Assembly (NCBI RefSeq): GCF_000025685.1
Contig: NC_013964.1
Coordinates: forward strand, 330,001-362,000
Reading direction: 5' to 3'
Source of the DNA: Haloferax volcanii DS2
GTDB taxonomy: Archaea > Halobacteriota > Halobacteria > Halobacteriales > Haloferacaceae
Length of the DNA stretch: 32,000 nt
The notes under the pieces are model-generated. The model saw only the letters and a program-made list of their open reading frames with translations, did not search any database and was not told where the DNA came from. Shown piece after piece: positions 24,767-32,000 of the stretch; position 1 is the stretch's first letter; every line of letters begins with the position of its first letter. The position numbers and the translations under genes are program-made.

Positions 24767-27130
24767 ATGCCTCGGTCCGACACCGGCGACCCCGAGACGG
24801 CGGCGAAGTCGACCAGCGAGGCGCGCGGAGACGACGCCCCCGTCGGCGAGAGCGTCGAGAAAGTCGACGGCTGGGGGCTCGTCACCGGCAAGGCACGCTA
24901 CACCGACGACGTGCCGACCGACGACGCCCTCGCCGCGAAGGTGCTTCGGAGCCCGCACGCGCACGCTCGCGTTCGGTCTATCGACACCGAGGCCGCGGAA
25001 ACGATAGCCGGCGTGAAGGCGGTGCTCACCCACGAGGACGTTCCCGAGGACCGCTTCACGCGAACCGGTTTTCCCTACCCGGCCCCGGCCCCGTTCGACG
25101 AGCGCGTCCTGAACGAGACGGTCCGGTTCGTCGGCGAGCCGGTGGCCGCCGTCGCCGCGCGAACCGCCGAGGCCGCCGCGGCCGCGGTCGACGCCATCGA
25201 GGTCGACTACGAGCCGTACGACCACGTCCTCGACGCGCACGAGGCGATGGGGGCGGACGCGCCGACGCTCCACCCTGAGCCGTACGAGAACCCTCAAGAG
25301 AACGCGGCTCCCGAGCGGAACGTCGTCTGCGAGACCCGCCACGAGGAGGGAAACGTCGAACGCGGGTTCGAGGCGGCCGACGAGGTCGTCGAGGGGGAGT
25401 ACGAGACGCAGGCCGTCCACCACCTCCCGATGGAGACGAACACGACCATCGCGTGGGTGGACGACCGAAGGCGGCTCGTCCTGCGGACGACGACGCAGGT
25501 CTCGCACATCTGCCGCGACAAAATCGCCCGCGTGTTCGGCCTGAACCGCACCGACGTTCGAGTCGTCAAGCCCCGCGTCGGCGGCGGCTTCGGCGTCAGA
25601 CAGGACACGCTCCCGAACCAGTTCATCGGCGCGGCACTCGCGCTCGAAACCGGCGAGAAGGTCCGGCTGAAAAACGACCGAAAGGAGGACCTCCACGGGG
25701 CGCAGACGCGCCACGCCCAGACCGTCCGCGTCAAGACCGGCGTCCGGGAGGACGGGACGCTCACGGCGATGCACGTCGACGTGACCTCGAACACGGGCGC
25801 GTACGGCTGTCACGCCTCCGCGGTGCTGATGAACGCCGCCCACGAACCGCTGTCTGTCTACCCCTGCGAGAACCGGCTGTTCACCGGGCGCGCGGTCTAC
25901 ACCAACGTCACGCCCGGCGGGGCGATGCGCGGGTACGGGGCGGTACAGGGGACGTTCGGCATCGAGAGCCACCTCGACGAGGTCGCCGCGGCCATCGGGA
26001 TGGACCCGGTCGAGTTGCGGCGGCGAAACGCGGTCGAGGAGGGCGACGAGAGCTTCGAACCGGAGTACAGCGAGAGCAAGCGAACCCTCGAATCCGTCGG
26101 CGTCAAGGAGTGTCTCGAACGCGCCTGCGAGACGCTCGGCTGGGCGGACGGCCCCGAGGAACCGGCCGACGACCGCTACCAGCGCGGGTACGGGGTCGCG
26201 CTGGCGATGGCGAAATCCGGCGTCCCGAGCAGCGAGTTTTCCCGGTGTAACATCACGCTGGAAGATGACGGGACGCTCACCGTCCGGGTCGGCGTCGGAG
26301 ACACCGGACAGGGCTCTGAGACGGTGATGGGCCAGATTGCGGCGAGCGTGTTCGGACTCGGCATCGAGTCGGTCCACGTGAAGGCCGACGACACCGACGC
26401 GACCCCGTGGGACAACGGGGCGTACGCGAGCAGTACGACCTACATCAGCGGGAACGCGACCGAGAAGGCCGCTCGCGACCTCGCGGCGAAGGTTCGCGAC
26501 CTCGCGGCCGAGTGGCGCGGAGTCGCCCCGGACGACGTGGAACTGGCCGACGGCGAGGTCCGGTTCCCCGACGGAGAGTCGATGGCCCTCGAACGGTTCG
26601 CGTCGGAGGCGTTTCAGGGGATTCACGGGCCGAAGCGGCGACTCACGGGAACCGGGAAGCACCACACTGCGCTCTCGCCCAAGCCGTTCGCGGCGCAGCT
26701 CGCGGCGGTCGAAGTGGACACCGAGACCGGCGAGTTCGAAGTGCGCCGACTCGTGAACGCCGTCGACTGCGGACGGGCGATTAATCCCGCGGGCGCTCGC
26801 GGCCAAGTCATCGGCGGCGCGGTCATGGGACTCGGACAGACGGTCTCCGAGGACCTCCCGCTGGACGACCGGGGCGCGCCGGAGTTCCGCGGGCTCCGCG
26901 ACTACGAGGTGATGCACGCGCCGGAACTCCCCGACATCGACACGGAGTTGGTCGAAACCGACGAGCCGACGGGGCCGTTCGGCGCGAAGAGCGTCGGCGA
27001 GGTCTCGATACTCGGCCCGCCCGCCGCGATTGCGAACGCGATACACGACGCCGTCGGCGTCCGGGCGACCGAACTCCCGATTACGCCCGAGACGGTGTGG
27101 ACCGCGCTCCAGGAGGACCGGGACCGATGA
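24767..27130 (+). CDS. Xanthine dehydrogenase family molybdopterin-binding large subunit
   Basis: 787 aa. It shows the aldehyde oxidase/XDH a/b hammerhead and Moco-binding domain pattern (GGGFG in VGGGFGVRQD, GAMRGYG, GQGSETVMGQIAA, and a C-terminal FGAKSVGE). It starts 1 nt after the small-subunit stop. Confidence 0.95.
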   Translation: MPRSDTGDPETAAKSTSEARGDDAPVGESVEKVDGWGLVTGKARYTDDVPTDDALAAKVLRSPHAHARVRSIDTEAAETIAGVKAVLTHEDVPEDRFTRTGFPYPAPAPFDERVLNETVRFVGEPVAAVAARTAEAAAAAVDAIEVDYEPYDHVLDAHEAMGADAPTLHPEPYENPQENAAPERNVVCETRHEEGNVERGFEAADEVVEGEYETQAVHHLPMETNTTIAWVDDRRRLVLRTTTQVSHICRDKIARVFGLNRTDVRVVKPRVGGGFGVRQDTLPNQFIGAALALETGEKVRLKNDRKEDLHGAQTRHAQTVRVKTGVREDGTLTAMHVDVTSNTGAYGCHASAVLMNAAHEPLSVYPCENRLFTGRAVYTNVTPGGAMRGYGAVQGTFGIESHLDEVAAAIGMDPVELRRRNAVEEGDESFEPEYSESKRTLESVGVKECLERACETLGWADGPEEPADDRYQRGYGVALAMAKSGVPSSEFSRCNITLEDDGTLTVRVGVGDTGQGSETVMGQIAASVFGLGIESVHVKADDTDATPWDNGAYASSTTYISGNATEKAARDLAAKVRDLAAEWRGVAPDDVELADGEVRFPDGESMALERFASEAFQGIHGPKRRLTGTGKHHTALSPKPFAAQLAAVEVDTETGEFEVRRLVNAVDCGRAINPAGARGQVIGGAVMGLGQTVSEDLPLDDRGAPEFRGLRDYEVMHAPELPDIDTELVETDEPTGPFGAKSVGEVSILGPPAAIANAIHDAVGVRATELPITPETVWTALQEDRDR

Positions 27131-27996
27131 CGGCGTTCGAGTCGGTCGAGTACGTCGAACCCGAGACCGTGTCGGAGGCGGTCGAGCGACTCGCAGACGC
27201 CGACGAGGCGCGCGTCATCGCCGGCGGATACAGCCTCGTACCCCTGCTGAAAGACGGCATCGAGACTCCCGACCGGCTGATAGACGTGAGCGGCCTCAAC
27301 GAGCTGCGCGGGATCACGGAGCGGGGCGACGGCGTCGCTATCGGCGCGCTCGTGACCCACGACGAGATTGCAACCGACGCGACCGTCGCGGAGCGCGCGC
27401 GGGCGCTGGCCGACGCGACCGATTCGGTCGGCGACTTTCAGGCGAGAAACCGCGGGACGATCGCGGGCAACCTCGTGTTTGCCGACCCGAAATACGACGC
27501 GCCGGCGGCGTTTCTCGCACTCGGCGGGAGAGTCGTCACTCTCGGGCCGGCCGGCCGGCGGGCGATAGCGGCGGACGACTGGTTCCGCGGCCCCGGAACG
27601 ACCGCGCTCGACGGGAACGAGCTCGTCACCAGAGTCGAGGTGCCGAGCGTCGAACGGAGCGGCTACGTCCGAACCTCGGAGTACTCGGGGTACGCCGTCG
27701 TCGGTGTCGCGGCCGCGTTCGAGACCGACGACGGGGTCGTGCGCTCGGCCCGAGTCGCGGTGAACGGGGCCAAGCCGTATCCGGTTCGGCTCCCGAACGT
27801 CGAACGCGCGCTCGTCGACGAGGCCGTCGGCAGGGTCGTCGACGGCGACGGTGCGACCGAGGCCGCGACCGCCGCACTCGACGACGTCGAGACGGCGTCG
27901 CTACTGGCGAACGACGCGGCGACCGAGGAGTACCGGCGACAGCTCGTCCGGACGTACTGCCGACAGGCAATCGAGCAGGCCGCTTCGGAGCCGTGA
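27127..27996 (+). CDS. Xanthine dehydrogenase family FAD-binding (medium) subunit
   Basis: MTAFESVEYVEPETVSEAVERLADADEARVIAGGYSLVPLLKDG and RNRGTIAGNL are FAD_binding_5/CO-DH flavoprotein motifs. An ATGA start/stop overlap links it to the large subunit at 27127-27130. Confidence 0.9.
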   Translation: MTAFESVEYVEPETVSEAVERLADADEARVIAGGYSLVPLLKDGIETPDRLIDVSGLNELRGITERGDGVAIGALVTHDEIATDATVAERARALADATDSVGDFQARNRGTIAGNLVFADPKYDAPAAFLALGGRVVTLGPAGRRAIAADDWFRGPGTTALDGNELVTRVEVPSVERSGYVRTSEYSGYAVVGVAAAFETDDGVVRSARVAVNGAKPYPVRLPNVERALVDEAVGRVVDGDGATEAATAALDDVETASLLANDAATEEYRRQLVRTYCRQAIEQAASEP

Positions 27997-28111
27997 ACCG
28001 CCGGCCGAGCGGGGCTGTGGGCGTGTTCGTCCGACCGCCCCGTGCGGCGGGGCCACCGAACCGACCGATAAATCAATACTGCTGACGGGAGTACGGGAAG
28101 GCGACTGAACG

Positions 28112-29250
28112 ATGCGAACGACAGACGACCCGTGGAGCGCGACCGCAGACAGCGTTCGGCAGTCGATGCGCGAGCAGCGAGGCTCGGGGTCGGAGGCGGT
28201 CGTCGCGACCGTCGTGAACGTCGAGGAGTCGGGCTACCGCCGACCGGGGGCGCGTATGGTCGTCGTGCCCGACGGCGAGCGACTCGGCGCGGTCACCGCC
28301 GGCTGTATAACCGAGTCGGTGACAGAGACCGCGCGGCGGGTGAGCGCGAGCGGGACGCCGCGACTGGAGACGTTCGACCTCCGGGGAGGCGACGCCGACG
28401 CGTGGGGGCTCGGACTCGGCTGCAACGGCGTCATCGACGTGCTCGTCGAGCCGGTCGACGCGAGTTTCGACCCCGCGTTGAGCGAACTCCGCGAGAAACG
28501 CGCGGCGACGGTGCTCACCGCCGTCGAGACCGACGACCCGGCAATCGGCGTCGGCGACCGGACGGTGATAACGCGGGGACGGGGCGAACGGCTCTCGAAG
28601 GGCCGTCCCGGCCTTCCCGAGGCGGTCGTCGCCAAGGCAGAATCGCGGCTCGACGGGGCGGCGTCAGGCGCGGCGGCGACGCTCGACGTGCGGACGAGCG
28701 ACGGCGACGTGCGGGTGTTCGCAAACGACCTCGCACCGACGCCGGAGCTGCTCGTCTTCGGCGGCCACGGAGACGTCAACCCCGTCGCGTCGCTCGGCGC
28801 GCAGGCCGGCTTCCGCGTCCGCGTCGCGGCCGCGAGAGGGGCGCACGCCGACGAGAGTCGGTTCCCGGCGGCCAGCGAAGTGACCGCGGTACACCCCGCC
28901 GAACTCGCGGCCCTCGTCGACGCGCCCGACCACACCTACGTCGTGCTCATGTCGCACAACTTCGTCGACGACCGACTCGCGCTGGAGTCGATACTCGGGA
29001 CCGAGGTTCCGTACGTCGGCGTGATGGGCCCGCGGGGGCGTTCGACCAGCTCCGCGAGCGATGGACCGAGAGCTTGACGCGACCGACCGCGAGCGAATCG
29101 CGCCCCGTGCGGGCTCGACATCGGCGGCGACGGGCGTCGACCGTCGGGCTGAGCGTCGTCAGCGAACTGCTCGCGGTTCACAACGGCCGCAGCGGGGCAC
29201 GGCTGACCGACCGCGCGGGCCCGATTCACGGGCGGCCCGAGCTCGGATGA
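28112..29250 (+). pseudogene. xdhC: XdhC/CoxI-family Moco insertion/maturation accessory gene; the 3' approximately 210 nt can only be read through several frame changes
   Basis: The 28112 frame gives good XdhC N-terminal and Rossmann domains up to YVGVMGPRG and then stops at 29077. The conserved C-terminal blocks are split across frames:
- FDQLRER in the 28132 frame.
- LDATDRERI in the 29061 frame.
- RAPCGLDIGGDG back in the 28112 frame.
- STVGLSVVSELLAVHNGRSGARL...ELG* in the 28132 frame, ending in an ATGA overlap with mocA at 29247-29250. Confidence 0.65.
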
Positions 29251-29831
29251 CCCGGGTGGGCATCCTGCTCGCCGCGGGGGCGGGAACCCGGTTCGAACCC
29301 GGGAACAAGCTCTGTCAGCCGCTCGACGGCGAGCCAATCGTCCGCCGGGCGGCCCGGCGGCTGATCGAGTCGCCGGTCGATGAAACCGTGGTCGTCCTCG
29401 GACACGACGCCGAACGGGTCCGGCGGGCGTTAGAACCGCTCGAAACTCGGCTGACGGTCGTCCGTAACGAGCGGTACGACGCTGGACAGAGCGCGTCGGT
29501 TCGGCGCGGGGCGGAGGAGGTGCTGTCGCGCGGCGGGTCGGTCGGCGTGTTCGCGCTCGGCGACATGCCCGCCGTCGGGAGCGCGACCTACGACGAACTC
29601 CTCGCGGCGATTGACCGCGACGACCGACACGTCGTCGTCCCGGTGTACGACGGGCAACGCGGAAACCCCGTCGCGTTCGACGCGGCAGCGCTCGACCGGT
29701 TCGGGAGGCTCACGGGAGACGCGGGTGCGCGCGCCCTGTTCGAAGCGATGCCAGTCGCTCGAGTCGCCGTGGACGACCCCGGAATCCACGCGGATATCGA
29801 CACGGTGGCCGACCTCGAAGCGCACCGCTGA
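29247..29831 (+). CDS. mocA: MobA-like NTP transferase (molybdenum cofactor cytidylyltransferase MocA-like)
   Basis: MTRVGILLAAGAGTRFEPGNKL (the LAAGxGxRF nucleotide-binding motif), GDMP and GNPVAF fit the MocA/NTP_transf_3 pattern. The part of track ORF 29061..29831 upstream of the ATG at 29247 belongs to the xdhC region. Confidence 0.8.
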   Translation: MTRVGILLAAGAGTRFEPGNKLCQPLDGEPIVRRAARRLIESPVDETVVVLGHDAERVRRALEPLETRLTVVRNERYDAGQSASVRRGAEEVLSRGGSVGVFALGDMPAVGSATYDELLAAIDRDDRHVVVPVYDGQRGNPVAFDAAALDRFGRLTGDAGARALFEAMPVARVAVDDPGIHADIDTVADLEAHR

Positions 29832-30153
29832 CGCCGGTCGTCGAGGCGTCTCCCGACCGCCGCGAGTTCGGCATCGTGGAGGGCTGACCGGGCACGCGGG
29901 ACCGCCGGAGCGACGCGGGAGCCACACCACCGCCCTCGGGATGCAGTAGACAATTATATTCATTATATCCGTGGGGTGTGAGGGAGGAGATACTAACAAC
30001 ATTACGACGGTACTACTGTAACGAGTCGCGGGCGCGGCTCGGCGTGACCGAACGACGGGCGACACGAGTGAAGGCGGCGTGAGCGGTGAAAAGAGGGGTG
30101 ACGGCGCGAGTCAGGGCACGGCCAGTGCCACGGTCGTGGCGTCGAACGCCGGG

Positions 30154-31146
30154 TCAGTCCATCTCGCGGTTGTACGACTGCAACAGCGCGGAGGGGACCG
30201 CGAGTCGGACGCTCTCGGTCCGGATGACCGCGTACGAGAGGACGGCAATCGTCGTCAGGTAGGGGTACGTAGACATAATCTGCGGGTTCATGAGCGTGTT
30301 GACGAGCGGGTTGAGGACGCCGGCAAGGGGGGCGTTCGGGTCGAGGGCCAGCGAGAGCGACTGCGACCGGAGTTGAAGCGCGTCGAGCAGGCCGAAGAGG
30401 TACGCGCCGACGAGCATCCTGCTGGGCCGCCACTGGGCGAAGACGACGAGTGCGACCGCAATCCAGCCGCGGCCCACGGTCATGCCGGGAACCCACAGTT
30501 GGGAGAACGCCAGCGAGAGGTGCGCGCCGGCGGCCCCGGCGAAGCCGCCGCCGATGATGACCGCGAGATAGCGAAATTTGAACACCGGCACACCCATCGT
30601 GTCGGCCATCTCGGGGTCTTCGCCGACAGCGATGATTTCGAGACCGAGGTTCGACCGATACAGGAAAAACCAGACGACCGGCACCGCGAGGAGCGCGAGG
30701 TAGTCGGTTGCGGTACTGCGGAAGAACGCCTCACCGACGAGTGGAAGGTGGACGAGGTAGCGGCCGACTATCGGGAAAGTCATCTGGGGGAAGCCGGTGA
30801 TGGACTCTTGGACCCACCCGGACCCGAAGAACGTCGTCAGGCCGGTCCCCAACAGCGTCAGCATGACGCCGCTTATGACCTGGTTCGACTTCAGGGAGAT
30901 ACAGAGGAACGCGTGGACGGCCGCGAGCGCCATCCCGCAGGCGATGCCGACACCGAAGCCGAGCCAGTAGTTCCCCGTAACGGCGGTGACGACGAACCCG
31001 CCGAGCGCGCCGACGAGCATCATCCCCTCGACGCCGAGGTTGAGGACGCCCGCGCGCTCGCTGATGAGCTCTCCGAGCCCGGCCAACAACAGCACCGTCG
31101 CGGCCTGCACCGTCGCGTTCAGGAGGCCGGCGGCGAAGCTCACCAC
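30154..31146 (-). CDS. ABC transporter permease, BMP/simple-sugar (nucleoside-type, NupQ/YufQ-like) family
   Basis: 330 aa and polytopic. The N-terminal AATVLLLAGLGELISERAGVLNLGVEGMMLVGA is the hallmark of BPD_transp_2 permeases associated with BMP-family binding proteins. Confidence 0.9.
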   Translation of the reverse strand: MVSFAAGLLNATVQAATVLLLAGLGELISERAGVLNLGVEGMMLVGALGGFVVTAVTGNYWLGFGVGIACGMALAAVHAFLCISLKSNQVISGVMLTLLGTGLTTFFGSGWVQESITGFPQMTFPIVGRYLVHLPLVGEAFFRSTATDYLALLAVPVVWFFLYRSNLGLEIIAVGEDPEMADTMGVPVFKFRYLAVIIGGGFAGAAGAHLSLAFSQLWVPGMTVGRGWIAVALVVFAQWRPSRMLVGAYLFGLLDALQLRSQSLSLALDPNAPLAGVLNPLVNTLMNPQIMSTYPYLTTIAVLSYAVIRTESVRLAVPSALLQSYNREMD

Positions 31147-32000
31147 CGCGCATCACCGCCTGTGGCGTCGGCCGGCGCGTCGTTCCCCCGCCGGTCGAAC
31201 GCGATGCCGACTCGGTAGCGCTTGAAGAACTCCGAGGTGATGAGAAAGAGGATGACGAGCGCCTGAATGATTTCGACCAACGCCGCGGGGACGCCGAAGG
31301 CGACCTCGACGCTCGACCCGCCGACGAACAGGACGGCGAAAAACAGCCCGGCGAGCGTGACCTTGACCGCGCTGTTGCGGCCCAGGAGGGCGATGGGAAT
31401 CGCGGTGAACCCGTAGCCGGGGGCGAAGGCGGCGCGGAACCGCCCCTGCGAGCCGGCGATTTCAGCGATGCCGCCGAGCGCCGCGAACGCGCCGCCGAGG
31501 AGGAAGACGAACAGGTACACCGTGTGCCGGCTCATCCCCGCCTGCCGGGCGGCCTCGTCGTTCGAGCCGACGAACGTGACCTCGAAGCCGAGGCGCGTCT
31601 TGGTCATGACGACGTACGTGGCGACGACCGCTGCGACGGCGACCAACAGGCCGGCGTGAACGTCCGCGAAGAGCGGTATCGACTCGCCGCCGGGCACGAG
31701 TCCGGCGAGCGGCGGGAGGGTCGCGGCGTCCGAAAAGCGAGCCGACTGCGGGAAGTTCCCGGTGCCGCCCTGCATGGGACCGCGGAGCAGGTAGCTCTGG
31801 AGTTCCTGTGCGACGAACGTCAACAGAAGCGAGGTGATAATCTCGTTGACGTCCCACTTCGCGCGGAGCCACGCGGGGATGCCCGCCCAGAACGCGCCGG
31901 CGACGCAGGCGGCGAGAAACATCAGCGGGAGCAACGCCACGGCGGGAAGCGAGACGTTTACGGCGACCCACGTGCCGGCGAGCGCGCCGAGGAGGAGCTG
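31140..32000 (-). CDS. ABC transporter permease, BMP/simple-sugar (NupP/YufP-like) family; the 5' end is outside the window
   Basis: The reading frame stays open to the window edge: ...QLLLGALAGTWVAVNVSLPAVALLPLMFLAAC.... It is polytopic with an FAALGGIAEIAG-type segment. Its stop overlaps the start of the downstream permease by 7 nt. Confidence 0.85.
   Translation of the reverse strand, partial: QLLLGALAGTWVAVNVSLPAVALLPLMFLAACVAGAFWAGIPAWLRAKWDVNEIITSLLLTFVAQELQSYLLRGPMQGGTGNFPQSARFSDAATLPPLAGLVPGGESIPLFADVHAGLLVAVAAVVATYVVMTKTRLGFEVTFVGSNDEAARQAGMSRHTVYLFVFLLGGAFAALGGIAEIAGSQGRFRAAFAPGYGFTAIPIALLGRNSAVKVTLAGLFFAVLFVGGSSVEVAFGVPAALVEIIQALVILFLITSEFFKRYRVGIAFDRRGNDAPADATGGDARW

Noticed and set aside
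24434-27046. 870-aa minus-strand ORF antisense to the XDH large subunit
   Set aside because: It is an antisense high-GC artefact. The plus-strand frame carries unmistakable Mo-hydroxylase motifs.
28132-29030. The first approximately 300 codons of the 372-aa ORF in the second frame over xdhC
   Set aside because: It is Arg-rich nonsense (RRRRR runs). Only its last approximately 40 codons match the XdhC family. The N-terminal and Rossmann domains are clearly in the 28112 frame.
29284-29306. tRNA-like T-arm look-alike (CCCGG-TTCGAAC-CCGGG)
   Set aside because: It lies inside the mocA coding frame, where it encodes AGTRFEPGN, the conserved nucleotide-binding motif. No acceptor or anticodon stems can be drawn around it.

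Overview
This is a visibly high-GC segment of haloarchaeal type, with acidic proteins, Tat/lipobox signals, and short AT-rich promoter islands before start codons. I found no rRNA, tRNA, CRISPR array, transposase or integrase.

Left part (1-7.3 kb): regulatory and basal-machinery genes.
- A partial FilR1-like regulator, a SAM methyltransferase, and a membrane-anchored wHTH protein with extracellular Ca-binding-type repeats.
- An HTH_10 regulator, aIF1/SUI1, a cysteine-free TFB paralog, a small membrane protein and a TRAM protein.
- Four of these genes carry the same 17-bp palindrome 34-43 nt upstream of their start codons.

Middle (7.3-15.8 kb):
- bioB, followed by an 8-bp tandem repeat.
- An IMPase-family gene lying divergent from a UgpQ/UgpBAEC-like glycerophosphodiester uptake module.
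- Two small hypothetical genes.

Right half (16.3-32 kb): a purine/urate catabolism supercluster.
- Minus strand: allC-like M20 hydrolase, DUF3830, NCS2 permease, hydantoinase-type amidohydrolase, OHCU decarboxylase, uricase, HIU hydrolase.
- Plus strand, divergent: three-subunit xanthine dehydrogenase, xdhC, mocA.
- At the window end: BMP-type ABC permeases.

Points worth a second look in this cluster:
- The uncharacterised DUF3830 gene sits where the ureidoglycine/ureidoglycolate steps are missing.
- A decayed 2-hydroxyacid dehydrogenase remnant.
- An xdhC 3' end that needs several frameshifts to read correctly.
- An unusually long 880-bp divergent control region with a perfect 18-bp direct repeat.
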